Positions 37,268 to 47,473 of a stretch of 64,000 nucleotides of DNA are shown here, one piece after another (within the stretch, counting starts at the first letter, position 1; each line of letters opens with the position of its first letter). The position numbers were made by a program, and so were the translations under genes. A model generated the notes under the pieces. It worked only from the letters and a program-made list of their open reading frames with translations, was not told where the DNA came from and did not search any database. The stretch is from Dehalococcoidia bacterium. GTDB lineage: Bacteria; Chloroflexota; Dehalococcoidia; Lucifugimonadales; UBA1127. The stretch lies in NCBI GenBank assembly GCA_965116355.1, contig OZ220679.1:1204752-1268751 (forward strand), read 5' to 3'.

Positions 37268-39679
37268 ATGGCAATGAACGTCCCGCTGTCCTGGCTTAGG
37301 GCCTACGTCGACGTCGACATGCCCGTCGAGCAGCTCGCCCACCGCCTCACCATGGCCGGCATCGAGGTGGGCGGCGTCGAGCGCATCGGCGGCTGGAACG
37401 ACTGCTACGTGGGCCGCGTGCTGGACGTGGGCCCGCACCCAAACGCGGACCGGCTGCGCCTCTGCACCGTCGACATCGGCGGGGAGCGGCTGCAGGTGGT
37501 CTGCGGCGCGCCCAACGTCGCCGCCGAGCAGAAGATCGCCTTCGCCAGGGTGGGCGCGGTGCTCTTCAACACCCACTCGGGCAAGGTCGAGCCCCTGAAG
37601 GCCGCCAAGATCCGCGGCGTCACGTCCGAGGGGATGATCTGCTCCGTGCTGGAGCTCGGCATCGGTGAGGAGCACGACGGCATCCTCGTGCTGCCCGAGG
37701 ACGCCCCCACCGGCACGCCCCTCGCCGACTACCTCGGCGACACGGTGCTGGAGATCGAGGTCACGGCCAACCGGCCCGACTGCTTCTCCGTGCTGGGCGT
37801 CGCCCGGGAGGTGGCCGCCTTCTCCGGCACGCAGGTCGCCGAGCCGGACCCGGGCTACCCGGAGGAGGGCGGGCCTGTCGAGTCGCTGGCGAGCGTGGAG
37901 ATCGAGGACCCGGCGCTGTGCGCCCGGTACACGGCCGCGCTGCTCACCGGCGTCAGCATCGGCCCGTCCCCGGAGTGGCTGCAGGAGCGGCTGACGCGGG
38001 CGGGGCAGCGGCCCATCAACAACATCGTAGACGTGACCAACTATGTCATGCTGGAGACGGGCCAGCCCCTCCACGCCTTCGACTTCGACAAGGTCGCCGG
38101 CGGGCGCATCATCGTGCGGCAGGCGCGGCCCGGCGAGAAGCACGTCACGCTGGACGGCGTCGAGCGCGAGCTCGCCCCGCCGATGGTCGTCATCGCGGAC
38201 CCGGAGAAGGCCGTGGGTCTCGGCGGCGTCATGGGGGGCGCCAACACGGAGGTCACGGAGGAGACGAACGCCATCCTGCTGGAGTCCGCCAGCTTCCACC
38301 CGTTCAACACGCGCCGCACCGCCGACGACCTGAAGCTGCGCACCGAGGCGTCGCTGCGCTTCGAGAAGGGCTGGCGGCAGGGCCTGCCGCCGGTGGGCCT
38401 GCGCCGCGCGGTGAAGCTCATGCTGGAGGTGGCCGGCGGCGTCGCGGCCAAAGGCATCATCGATGTCTACCCGGACAGGCCGGAGGCGCAGACCATCACG
38501 CTCACCGCCACGCGCATGGAGAAGGTGCTCGGAGTAACGGTGCCGATGGCCGACGCGGCCCGGACGCTCACGTCCCTCGGCATCGCGTGCCGGATGGTCG
38601 GCGACGACGCGCTGGAGGCCGAGGCCCCGCCGTGGCGCGCCGACATCACCATCGAGGACGACCTTGTCGAGGAGGTCGTGCGCGTCATCGGCTACGACGA
38701 CGTACCGACGGCCCCCCTCGCGGCGCCCATCCCGCTGAGCACGCCGGACATGGCGCAGGCGGTCAAGGAGGAGGTGCGCGACCTGCTGGCCTCCATCGGC
38801 ATGCAGGAGGTCATCACCTACTCCATGGTCAGCGAGCACGCGCTGGAGCTGGCCTACCGAGGCGCGGAGCCGCCCGCGCCGCCCATGCGCGCCTTCAACC
38901 CCATTAGCTCCGAACACGAGTGCCTGCGGACGTCGCTGCGGCCCGGCCTCCTGCGGACGCTGGCGGCAAACCAGCGGCATGAGGGCGTGCCCCAGTGGTA
39001 CTTCGAGGTCGGCAAGGAGTTCATATTCGCGGGCGACGGCCTGCCGGACGAGCGGCAGAAGGCCGCGGGCGTCCTGAGCGGCCCCGGCGCGCAGGCGTCG
39101 TGGGCGGCGGCCGAGGCGGCGGCGGGCTTCTACGACGCCAAGGGCGTGGTGGAGGCGCTGTGCGACCGCGTCGGCGTGACGCCATCGTTTGAGCCGATGG
39201 ACGACCCCTTCTACCACCCCGGCCGCGCCGCGACCATCACAGTCGGCGGGCAGCGCATCGGCGAGCTTGGCGAGGTGCACCCCGAGGCGCTGGACGCCTT
39301 CGACGTGCGCGGCGAGGGCGCCGTCTACTTCGAGGTGGACCTGGCCGCGCTGACGGATGCCGTGCCGCAGTCGGCGCGGCGGTTCCGCAGCATCTCCGTC
39401 TACCCCGAGGCGCTCCGCGACCTTGCCCTCATCGTCGGCATGGACGTGCCCGCCGACCGGGTGCGGGAGATCATCGAGCAGCACCCCCTCGTAGCCCGCG
39501 CCACTCTCTTCGACGTCTTTGCGGGCGAGCAGGTGGGCGCCGACGTGCGCTCGCTGGCGTACCGGGTGTCGTTCCAGGCCGCCGACCGCACGCTGACGGC
39601 GGAAGAGGTGCAGCGGGCGATGGACCGGCTCCTCTCGCGCTTGGAGCGGGAGCTCGGTGCGGCCCAACGGCAGGGGTAG
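37268..39679 (+). CDS. pheT: Phenylalanine-tRNA ligase beta subunit
   Basis: HPNADRL, VCGAPNV, NRPD, DVTNYVMLE.GQPLHAFD, FDX-ACB C-terminus. Confidence 0.97.
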   Translation: MAMNVPLSWLRAYVDVDMPVEQLAHRLTMAGIEVGGVERIGGWNDCYVGRVLDVGPHPNADRLRLCTVDIGGERLQVVCGAPNVAAEQKIAFARVGAVLFNTHSGKVEPLKAAKIRGVTSEGMICSVLELGIGEEHDGILVLPEDAPTGTPLADYLGDTVLEIEVTANRPDCFSVLGVAREVAAFSGTQVAEPDPGYPEEGGPVESLASVEIEDPALCARYTAALLTGVSIGPSPEWLQERLTRAGQRPINNIVDVTNYVMLETGQPLHAFDFDKVAGGRIIVRQARPGEKHVTLDGVERELAPPMVVIADPEKAVGLGGVMGGANTEVTEETNAILLESASFHPFNTRRTADDLKLRTEASLRFEKGWRQGLPPVGLRRAVKLMLEVAGGVAAKGIIDVYPDRPEAQTITLTATRMEKVLGVTVPMADAARTLTSLGIACRMVGDDALEAEAPPWRADITIEDDLVEEVVRVIGYDDVPTAPLAAPIPLSTPDMAQAVKEEVRDLLASIGMQEVITYSMVSEHALELAYRGAEPPAPPMRAFNPISSEHECLRTSLRPGLLRTLAANQRHEGVPQWYFEVGKEFIFAGDGLPDERQKAAGVLSGPGAQASWAAAEAAAGFYDAKGVVEALCDRVGVTPSFEPMDDPFYHPGRAATITVGGQRIGELGEVHPEALDAFDVRGEGAVYFEVDLAALTDAVPQSARRFRSISVYPEALRDLALIVGMDVPADRVREIIEQHPLVARATLFDVFAGEQVGADVRSLAYRVSFQAADRTLTAEEVQRAMDRLLSRLERELGAAQRQG

Positions 39680-39758
39680 CGGGGGGCCGGTGTTGTAGGA
39701 CCAACTGCACTGGTAAACTGGTATAGTTGACACACTTCATGGAGTCGGGAGTCCCTTG

Positions 39759-40124
39759 ATGCAGCAAGACGATCACGGCAGGCAAGCGCGGGAGTTCCTT
39801 GCCAACTCTGACCTTGAGTTCGACGCTGGCGACCATCTGCAGGCGTCGGAAAAGCTCTGGGGAGCGGCCACCCACGCCGTCATGGCCGTTGCGCTTCAGC
39901 GGAACTGGCCGTGCCGCAGCCACCGCGCGCTGAGCAACACCGTGGTCCGCCTGCAACAGGAGACAGGTGACGCTCAACTGACCTCGGGCTTCGGCATTGC
40001 GGAGAAGTTTCATCGGAACTTCTACCACGACGAAATGCCGGACTACGAAGTCGAAAGGGACCGCCCAACGGTGCACGAGTTCGTAAACCGCATGCTGGCG
40101 TTGCTGGAGCAGCCCGCAGGCTAA
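39759..40124 (+). CDS. PaREP1/HEPN-like protein
   Basis: GDHLQASEKLWGAA and FHRNFYH motifs. Confidence 0.75.
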   Translation: MQQDDHGRQAREFLANSDLEFDAGDHLQASEKLWGAATHAVMAVALQRNWPCRSHRALSNTVVRLQQETGDAQLTSGFGIAEKFHRNFYHDEMPDYEVERDRPTVHEFVNRMLALLEQPAG

Positions 40125-40219
40125 GCCCCGCATCCCATTCGGCGATCATCCAGATTCGCGCTTCCCCCGCAGCGGCGGTAGAATTGCCAAGACACGACCA
40201 CGTCTAGCCGGAAGACGCC

Positions 40220-41578
40220 ATGACAGAGCATCACCAGCATCACGACCACGGCCGCCATCGGAGCCACGAGCATCACCACGCCCACCATCACCACCACGGC
40301 AGCGTTCAGGAGGACATGCTGAGCGTGGAGGAGGCGCTGGAGAAGATCCTCTCCTACGTCTCTCCGATGGGGCCGGTGGATGTCGATCTGCCCGACGCGC
40401 TGGGGCTCACCCTCGCCGAGGAGATCACGTCGCCGCTGGACCTGCCGCCGCTGGACAACTCGGCCATGGACGGCTTCGCGGTGCGCCACGCCGACGTGGC
40501 GGGCGCAGGGCGGCACGACCCGCGCGAGCTCCCCGTCATCGGCTACGTGCAGGCCGGCGCGCTTCCCGACCGCGACCTGCAGCCCGGCGCCGCCATCCGC
40601 ATCATGACCGGCGCGCCCATCCCACCCGGCGCCGACGCCGTCGTCCCCTTCGAGGACACGGACGAGGTCGAGCGGAAGGCGGCCGGCCACGCCCTCGACC
40701 GCATCCGCATCATGCAGGCGGCGCCCCTTGGCGCCAACGTGCGCCCCGCCGGCGAAGACCTGCGCACGGGCGAGCGCCTCATGGGCCGTGGCGACGTGCT
40801 CCGCCCCGGCGAGATCGGCGTGCTGGCGTCCGTCGGGCGGCAGCGGGTCACCGCGCTGCGCCGGCCCATAATCGCCATCCTGTCCACCGGCGACGAGCTC
40901 CTCGCGCCCGGCGAGGCGCCCGGCGGCGGCAAGATCTACGACTCCAACAGCTTCAGCATCGCCGCGGCGGTGCGGCGCTACGGCGGCGAGCCGTGGATGC
41001 TGGGCATCGCGAAGGACACGCTGGAGGACACGGCCCGCAAGCTCGGCGAGGGCATCGCCGCCGACCTGCTCATCACCACGGCCGGCGTCTCCAAGGGCGA
41101 CTACGACTTCATCAAGGACGTGCTGACGGCCAACGGCGAGATCGCCTTCTGGTCGGTGCGGATGCGCCCGGCGCGTCCGCTGGCCTTCGGCGTCCTGCAC
41201 GCGCCCGACGGGCGGCGGGTGCCGCACATCGGGCTGCCCGGCAACCCCGTGAGCGCCCTCGTCGCATTCGAGCAGTTCTGCCGTCCGGCCATCCTGAAGA
41301 TGCTGGGCCGCACAAGCTTCGCCAAGCCGCGCGTGCGGGCCACGCTGCGCGATCCGATCATCAACACGGACGGGCGCCGCGTGTACGCCCGGGCCATCGT
41401 CACATGGGAGGACGGCCGGTGGTGGGCGTCGCTGACCGGCCCGCAGGGGAGCAACCTGCTGACGTCCATGGCGCGCGCCAACGGCCTCGCCATCTGCCCC
41501 GAGGACCTCGACGAGATGCCGGCGGGCGCGGAAGTCGACGTGCAGATGCTGGACTGGCCGGAGGAAGCGGCGGTGTAG
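40220..41578 (+). CDS. moeA: Molybdopterin molybdotransferase with His-rich N-terminus
   Basis: NSAMDGFA, IMTGAPIP.GAD, STGDEL, GLPGNPVS. Confidence 0.93.
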   Translation: MTEHHQHHDHGRHRSHEHHHAHHHHHGSVQEDMLSVEEALEKILSYVSPMGPVDVDLPDALGLTLAEEITSPLDLPPLDNSAMDGFAVRHADVAGAGRHDPRELPVIGYVQAGALPDRDLQPGAAIRIMTGAPIPPGADAVVPFEDTDEVERKAAGHALDRIRIMQAAPLGANVRPAGEDLRTGERLMGRGDVLRPGEIGVLASVGRQRVTALRRPIIAILSTGDELLAPGEAPGGGKIYDSNSFSIAAAVRRYGGEPWMLGIAKDTLEDTARKLGEGIAADLLITTAGVSKGDYDFIKDVLTANGEIAFWSVRMRPARPLAFGVLHAPDGRRVPHIGLPGNPVSALVAFEQFCRPAILKMLGRTSFAKPRVRATLRDPIINTDGRRVYARAIVTWEDGRWWASLTGPQGSNLLTSMARANGLAICPEDLDEMPAGAEVDVQMLDWPEEAAV

Positions 41579-41590
41579 TTCCACCACACC

Positions 41591-41624
41591 CGTTCGCACC
41601 CTCGATTTCGCTCAGGACGAACGG
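41591..41624. repeat. REP-like family A (inverted copy)
   Basis: CCGTTCGCACCCTCGATTTCGCTCAGGACGAACGG. Confidence 0.7.
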
Positions 41625-41650
41625 ACATCATCAAGAACCAGAGGAGTGCC

Positions 41651-41962
41651 ATGCCGGGTCAGTGGACCAAGGTTGCGAGGGCGGACGACATCGCGCCGGG
41701 CACGTCGATCGCCGTGGAGCTGCCGCGGGCGTCGCTGGCGGTCTGCAACGTGGACGGCCGGTTCTACGCCGTCGAGAACCTCTGCACCCACGACGACGGC
41801 CCGCTGGGCGAGGGCGCCCTCGACGGCTTTCGCATCCAGTGCCCCCGCCACCTCGCCTACTTCGACGTGCGCAACGGCAAGGCCCTCACGCTGCCCGCCG
41901 TCATGGACGTAGAGTGTTTCCCCGTCCGCGTGCAGGACGGCGACGTGGAAGTCGAGCTGTAG
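41651..41962 (+). CDS. Rieske-type ferredoxin
   Basis: CTH...CPRH 2Fe-2S ligands; AGGAG RBS. Confidence 0.9.
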   Translation: MPGQWTKVARADDIAPGTSIAVELPRASLAVCNVDGRFYAVENLCTHDDGPLGEGALDGFRIQCPRHLAYFDVRNGKALTLPAVMDVECFPVRVQDGDVEVEL

Positions 41963-41972
41963 AGGGCGCCCC

Positions 41973-42461
41973 ATGGATTACACGGAACAGGACGGCGCGC
42001 CCGAGACCATCCAGGCGGTGGGGTGGAACGCCATCGGCGCGGAGAACCAGGCGCTCATCATGGACCACTACCGCAACCCCCGGAACCGCGCGCCCATAGA
42101 CGCGCCCGACATCGACGCCACGGAGATCAACCCCTTCTGCGGGGACGAGTGCACCTTCCGCGCCAAACTCTCCGGCGGCGTCCTCTCGCCCGTGAGCACG
42201 GAGGGGGCCGGGTGCTCCATCTGCCAGGCGTCGCTGTCCCTCATGTCGGAGGCCGTGCAGGGGCGCACACCCGCCGAGGCCCTCCGGCTCTCGGCGGCGT
42301 TCACACGCATGATGCGCGGTGAGTCCCTCGACGACGGGGAGAAGGCGGATCTTGGCGAGCTGACGGGACTGGCGGCGGTCCGCAGCTACCCTGTCCGGGT
42401 CAAGTGCGCGCTGCTGGCCTGGTGGGCGCTGGAGCAGGGGCTGAGCGCCTACGCCTCGTAG
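41973..42461 (+). CDS. SufU/IscU-type Fe-S assembly protein
   Basis: DHYRNPRN, NPFCGD, GCSICQAS, RVKCALL. Confidence 0.9.
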   Translation: MDYTEQDGAPETIQAVGWNAIGAENQALIMDHYRNPRNRAPIDAPDIDATEINPFCGDECTFRAKLSGGVLSPVSTEGAGCSICQASLSLMSEAVQGRTPAEALRLSAAFTRMMRGESLDDGEKADLGELTGLAAVRSYPVRVKCALLAWWALEQGLSAYAS

Positions 42462-42467
42462 CCGCCG

Positions 42468-44153
42468 TCACTCCACCTGGACGCGGGCCCAGAAGTGGTA
42501 CTCGCGGTTGGCGAAGTTCACGTGCAGACCCTTCACTCGTGGCCACCACGCCCATGCCTGCGCCCGTGCCGACGGCGTGAACCGCACGCCCTCCTCCAGC
42601 AGCATCAGCGACGCCTTCCGGGCGATGTCCCCGCGCACCGTCGGGTCGAGCTCCGCCGCCTGCCTGTCGACCAGCTCGTCCAGCGCGGTTTCGGCGTAGC
42701 CAGTCCTGTTCCGTGCTGCGTCGCTGCGCACCATGCCGACGAGGTAGTCGTTCGGCGCGGAGAGCGGCGGCAACGGGCCCAGGTACGCTTGGAAATCACC
42801 ATTTCGCCACACACGTTCCACGTACTCGCCGGGGTTGAGGGCCTCGATGTTCACACGGACTCCCACCGCCTCCAGGTGCTCGCGAATCCCGTTGCCGTAA
42901 GCAAGGTACGGGTCGCCGAAGTCAGCCACGATGAGATCCAGGGTCTCCGGGACATTGCCCACGGCATCCAGCATCTCCCGCGCCCCCACCGGGTCGGCGA
43001 GGCGCTCGCGAAGCTCGTCCTCGGTGAGCCGCCACTCGGGCGACGCGGAAGGCATGCCGCCGGTGACGTCCGCGAGCCCGTGCCACACCTGAAGGTTCAG
43101 CGACCACGGGTCCAGCGCCCGGAAGAGCGCGCGCCGCGCCTCGGCGTCCCGCAGCGCCGGGTCGTTCACGTTGAGGGCCAACTCGGAGCCGCCACCCGGC
43201 GGGGCGTAGCGAAGGAAGCCCGAGTCCGGGTTGCGCTGCCGGTACGCCGCGACGTGTTCTGGCGCCACCTCGTCGACGTCCAGCGACTTCGTGAGGAATG
43301 CGGCGTTACGGATCGCCGGGTCGGACATCACGCGGATTTCGAGGCTTTCCAGACGCGGAAGCCCCGGCTCGAAGTAGACGGGATTTGCGGAGAAGGTGAA
43401 ACGGCGCCCGGGGTCGACTTCATCAGCGATCCACGGCCCGGTGCCGATGAAGGGCCCCGCGCCGAGGTCGTCCATCGCGGCCAGCTCCGAGGGCAGCACC
43501 TTGGTGTGCCCGTCCGCCAGCGCGAGGAGGAAGTCGGCGTCCGGATAGCGCAGGGTGAAGACGACGCTGTCGCCCTGCGCCTCGGCGCTCGCGACGTTGG
43601 CCAGCAACTCGGCGTGGGGCCAGCCCGCCGTCCGCTGGCGCGCTAGGCTTGCCATGACGTCGTGGGGCGAGAGGAGCCGCCCGTTGACGGGTGCGATCGC
43701 CTGCCACCGCAGCCCGGGGCGCAGGACGATGCGGAGGGTCGTCTGGTCCTCCCATACCCATGACTCGCACAGGTCGCACTCCAGCGCCAGGCTGGGCGTC
43801 TCCACGTCCGGCCCCGACGCGAACCGGAGCAGGCGGCTGTACACGATGCCCGGCCCGAACGCCGCCAACGACGGCGACGGCGACCGGTGAACGTCGAGAT
43901 CGCTCAGCTCAACGCGCGTCGCGATGGTCAACCGCCCCTCGCGAGACGGCAGCGCCTCCGCCGGCGATGGGGTGGCCGGAGCCGCGACCGTAGCGACGCC
44001 ATTCGCGGGCGCGGGGGTCGCGGCGGGCAGCGCCGTAGCGGGAGCCTGCGGCGTCGACACGGGCGAGGCGGTCTCGACAGGCGTCGGCTCCGTCTCGCGG
44101 CACGCCGTCAGCGCGAGCGCCGCCAGCGCGACGAGCAACAGGACGCGCATCAT
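42468..44153 (-). CDS. ABC transporter substrate-binding lipoprotein (family 5)
   Basis: Lipobox LTAC, Pro/Thr linker, DLCESW, IGTGPW, NPVYFEPGLP. Confidence 0.85.
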   Translation of the reverse strand: MMRVLLLVALAALALTACRETEPTPVETASPVSTPQAPATALPAATPAPANGVATVAAPATPSPAEALPSREGRLTIATRVELSDLDVHRSPSPSLAAFGPGIVYSRLLRFASGPDVETPSLALECDLCESWVWEDQTTLRIVLRPGLRWQAIAPVNGRLLSPHDVMASLARQRTAGWPHAELLANVASAEAQGDSVVFTLRYPDADFLLALADGHTKVLPSELAAMDDLGAGPFIGTGPWIADEVDPGRRFTFSANPVYFEPGLPRLESLEIRVMSDPAIRNAAFLTKSLDVDEVAPEHVAAYRQRNPDSGFLRYAPPGGGSELALNVNDPALRDAEARRALFRALDPWSLNLQVWHGLADVTGGMPSASPEWRLTEDELRERLADPVGAREMLDAVGNVPETLDLIVADFGDPYLAYGNGIREHLEAVGVRVNIEALNPGEYVERVWRNGDFQAYLGPLPPLSAPNDYLVGMVRSDAARNRTGYAETALDELVDRQAAELDPTVRGDIARKASLMLLEEGVRFTPSARAQAWAWWPRVKGLHVNFANREYHFWARVQVE

Positions 44154-44315
44154 GCTCGCCGACGCCCGGCCGGGGAGGGTGGTCGAGTGAACATCGCTGC
44201 AATTCCTCTCGGGGTCCCGCTGCTGCCAGCGGGCAATGCTCGGTTGGGAAGTCGGCCGCGAGGGCCGGAGGTATAGCATATACTAGGCCATGGGACAGAC
44301 CAAGAACGCGCGCCG

Positions 44316-45152
44316 GTGATACCCGTGTACGTGGACTCTCATACCCATCTGGACGACTTCCCGCCGGAGGAGATCGACGGCGTGCTGGAGCGCGCCCGCG
44401 CCGCCGGCGTCGGCGCAATCGTGCTGGCGGGCACGACGCTCGAGTCGACCCAGGCCTGCGTCGAGCTGGCGCGCAGCCGGCCGATGCTGCTGGCTGGCGT
44501 GGGCATCCACCCCATGGACGTCACCGTGCCCGTCGACGGCGAGTGCGCCGACGCGCTCCGGCGGGCGGCCATGTCGTCGCCCAAGGTCGTCACCATGAGC
44601 GAGACGGGCCTCGACTTCGACCGTGGAGCCCCCGACCTGTCGCTCCAGTACCAGGCCTTCCGGGCGCAGATACGGCTCGGGCTGGAGCTGGGCCTGCCCG
44701 TCATCTTCCACTCGCGAGAGATCCCCGGCCAGCCGGAGCTGCACATGGAGGCGCTGAAGGTGCTTCGGCAGGAGCAGGGCTGGCGAGTCGGCGGGGCCAT
44801 GCACTACTTCCAGGGCAACGAGCGCAGCGCCCGCGAGTGCGTGGAGCTGGGCTTCTACGTTTCCCTCGCCAAGCCGCTGCTGCGGAGGCCGGACCTTCAG
44901 GCCATCGCCGCGGACCTGCCGCTGGAGAGCATCGTGCTGGAGACGGACACGTACCCGCAGCCATTCAAGGGCAGCCGCGACAAGTGGACGGAGCCCCGCG
45001 ACGTGCCGCTGGTTGCGCAAAAGCTCGCCGAGCTCAAGGACGTGCCCGTCGAGGAGATCGAGCGCGTCACCACCGCCAACTTCCTCGCCATGTGCGAGCG
45101 GGCGGGCGCCCCAGGCCGCGCCGACGCCGTCCGGGCCGCGTTGGAGGGCTAG
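44316..45152 (+). CDS. TatD-family hydrolase
   Basis: DSHTHLD, GIHP, ETGLD, HSRE, HYF, LETD.YP. Confidence 0.9.
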   Translation: MIPVYVDSHTHLDDFPPEEIDGVLERARAAGVGAIVLAGTTLESTQACVELARSRPMLLAGVGIHPMDVTVPVDGECADALRRAAMSSPKVVTMSETGLDFDRGAPDLSLQYQAFRAQIRLGLELGLPVIFHSREIPGQPELHMEALKVLRQEQGWRVGGAMHYFQGNERSARECVELGFYVSLAKPLLRRPDLQAIAADLPLESIVLETDTYPQPFKGSRDKWTEPRDVPLVAQKLAELKDVPVEEIERVTTANFLAMCERAGAPGRADAVRAALEG

Positions 45153-45158
45153 CGACCC

Positions 45159-45740
45159 CTACGCCTCTTCCGGCTCGATGAGGCCGTAGTCGCCGTCATT
45201 GCGGCGGTAGAGCACGTTGTGCTGGCCGGTCGCGGCGTTTTGGAACAGGTAGAAGGCGTGGTCCAGCAGCTCCATTTGCACCACCGCCTCCTCCACGGAC
45301 ATCGGCTTCATGGGGAAGCGCTTGGAGCGCACGACGCGCCCCAGCTCCATCTCCTCGGGGTCCTCCTCGTCCGGCTCGGGAGCGCCGGGGTCCTCCATCT
45401 CGCGGATGCTGTGGACGCTGCCGTGGCGGTAGGCCGCCTCGCTGCGGTACGCCCGGCTCTTGAAGTGGGCGACGCGCCGGTCGAGCGTGTCGGCGAGGGC
45501 GTCGACGGCCGCCTGCACCGTCGGGGCGCGCCGCTGTCCGCGCAGCAGCGTGCCGTTGCACCGCAGCGTCACCTCGACCACGATGCGGTCCTGCTGCGAC
45601 CGGGTCTTTTCCTCGGACACCACCACGTGGGCGTCCACGGGCAGGTTCACGCGGCCCTCGATGCGCTCCAGCTTTCGGGTCAGGTAGTCACGATTGCCCT
45701 GGGAGAGGCGATGGTTCCTCGCCTGAATCTGCATCTCCAT
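45159..45740 (-). CDS. hpf: Ribosome hibernation factor (long HPF/RaiA)
   Basis: KRFPMKPMSVEEAVVQMELLDHAFYLF...VLYRRNDGDYGLIEP. Confidence 0.92.
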   Translation of the reverse strand: MEMQIQARNHRLSQGNRDYLTRKLERIEGRVNLPVDAHVVVSEEKTRSQQDRIVVEVTLRCNGTLLRGQRRAPTVQAAVDALADTLDRRVAHFKSRAYRSEAAYRHGSVHSIREMEDPGAPEPDEEDPEEMELGRVVRSKRFPMKPMSVEEAVVQMELLDHAFYLFQNAATGQHNVLYRRNDGDYGLIEPEEA

Positions 45741-45887
45741 CAGCCCGCCTCCTCTGTGGTGTGGGTGTCGGCCGGGCCCTCGGCGGGGATCCGGTCTCCG
45801 GGCGCCGCCCTCGGAGAGGGAAGCCCATTCTAGGGAATGTCGGCCCCGACAATCAAGGCAACGAGCGGCGCGAATGCGAGGGTATCG

Positions 45888-46532
45888 CTAGATCTCCCGG
45901 GCGAAGGTCAGGCCCCACACCCGCCGTGCACCGGCCTGTCGGAGGACGGCCGCGCACTCCTGAAGCGTCGCGCCCGTCGTCGTCACGTCGTCCACGATGA
46001 CGATCGACTTGCCGATGGCCTCCCGCCGCGCCTTGAACGCCCCGGCAACGTTCGCCTGCCGCTCCTCCCGCGACGCCGACCGCGCCTGCGGCCCCGCACT
46101 CTCCGTCCGCGCCAGCAGCCCCGCGTCGACGGTTACCTTGAGCCGGCCTCCAACCTCGCGGGCCAGCAGCTCGGCCTGGTTGTAGCCGCGCTCGCGATGC
46201 CGCGACGGGTGCAGCGGCACCGGCACGATGAGGTTGGGCGCGACGCCATGCCGCTCCAGGTGCTGCGCCATCGCGATGCCCATCACGGACGCGAGCCCGC
46301 GCACGCCGTTGTACTTCAGCCGGTGGACGGCCGTCTGCGCCGCCCCCTTCATCTCGAAGGGCGCCAGCACCAGCTCCAGCCCGATGCCGGTCGTATCCGC
46401 GGCCCGCGCCGCCTCGGCGATGCACAAATCGCACAGGAACGCACCGGCCCTGCCGCAACCCACGCACTTGCGCGGATACAGCAGGTCCAGCGCGGAGGTT
46501 GCGAGATTGCGGATGGCGGTCAGGGTTGGCAT
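45888..46532 (-). CDS. comF: ComF-family phosphoribosyltransferase-like protein
   Basis: CVGC...CDLC, VPVPLH...RGYNQAELLA, VDDVTTTGATL. Confidence 0.9.
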   Translation of the reverse strand: MPTLTAIRNLATSALDLLYPRKCVGCGRAGAFLCDLCIAEAARAADTTGIGLELVLAPFEMKGAAQTAVHRLKYNGVRGLASVMGIAMAQHLERHGVAPNLIVPVPLHPSRHRERGYNQAELLAREVGGRLKVTVDAGLLARTESAGPQARSASREERQANVAGAFKARREAIGKSIVIVDDVTTTGATLQECAAVLRQAGARRVWGLTFAREI

Positions 46533-46604
46533 GGCGAGAGCATCATAGCATCGGGGGAATTGACTTGGCGGGGCAGCTGTTTCCGCAATCGCGGGACGGG
46601 CGGT

Positions 46605-47096
46605 TCACGTTTGGGCACCGCCTGCCGTCGAGTCCTCCGCTACGAAGTCAATGTCGGCCTGAGAAGGGACGCGGAACGAGAACTTGGTCCTGCCGTTCAG
46701 GTTGGTAACCGCGAAGTCTCCCGCATTGATCACGTTCATTCCGATAACCATCTGCAGGTCTTCCGGCAAAACCCCCTTGATGGCCCGGATCTCATTGAAT
46801 TCGACACCACTGGGCAACCGGAGATTGATGTAATACACCTCCACGAGTTCGGAGGTTCCCATGGCATGGCTGACGGCTGTTGCGCCGGCCTCCACCAGGC
46901 CGCAGGCGTCGACAACAGCCTGTGAGACCATGCAAATGATGGCCCCGGTGTCCCACAGGGCGGCGAATGGGGCCATTGGCGGGGGAGGTTCTGTTACGGG
47001 TGGAGCGTATGCGGAAACGTGACAATTGGTCGTCAAGACGTTGAGAAGGCCGTCTCCTTCAACGGTGAAGCTGCGGGGACTGGATTGCTCGACTAT
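46605..47096 (-). CDS. Retropepsin-like (clan AA) aspartyl protease
   Basis: ALWDTGA and VIGMNVI motifs; the frame is open upstream of the TTG at 47036, with a likely ATA start at 47096. Confidence 0.7.
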   Translation of the reverse strand: MVEQSSPRSFTVEGDGLLNVLTTNCHVSAYAPPVTEPPPPMAPFAALWDTGAIICMVSQAVVDACGLVEAGATAVSHAMGTSELVEVYYINLRLPSGVEFNEIRAIKGVLPEDLQMVIGMNVINAGDFAVTNLNGRTKFSFRVPSQADIDFVAEDSTAGGAQT

Positions 47097-47386
47097 GGAT
47101 TCACCACCGGCGAGTAGATGGATACTTTGGTGTCCTTATCGCCCGATGACACTTGCTGAATGAGGTAAGACCCAAGCGGGTGCGAGTCCTGAAGCGCAAG
47201 CATCGCCGCGCCCGCACTGTCATAGTCGCCGAGCACAACGCCGTCCTTCAGCGCGATGACTCGTCCGTCGTACTTCGCCACGAATTCGTCCTGATGGGCG
47301 AGGTAGTGCCGGAACTCCTTGCGGAGCGCCTCACTCACGGTGCCCCTCCTGGGTTGGTATGCTGCCGATGGTTCCTGGAAACGCAC
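47093..47386 (-). CDS. DUF5678-like small protein, partner of the aspartyl protease
   Basis: EFRHYLAHQDEFVAKYDGRVIALKDGVVLGDYDS; alternative GTG start at 47338. Confidence 0.7.
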   Translation of the reverse strand: MRFQEPSAAYQPRRGTVSEALRKEFRHYLAHQDEFVAKYDGRVIALKDGVVLGDYDSAGAAMLALQDSHPLGSYLIQQVSSGDKDTKVSIYSPVVNP

Positions 47387-47473
47387 CCCTCCAATTCAAT
47401 GGGGGGTTTAGCGCAAGTATACCATGGCTGGGCATCCAAATTGGGCGGTAAAATCCAACTTCCGCCCCCACCC

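Noticed and set aside
36143-39733. 1196-aa minus-strand ORF
   Set aside because: Antisense shadow of pheS-pheT caused by high GC3.
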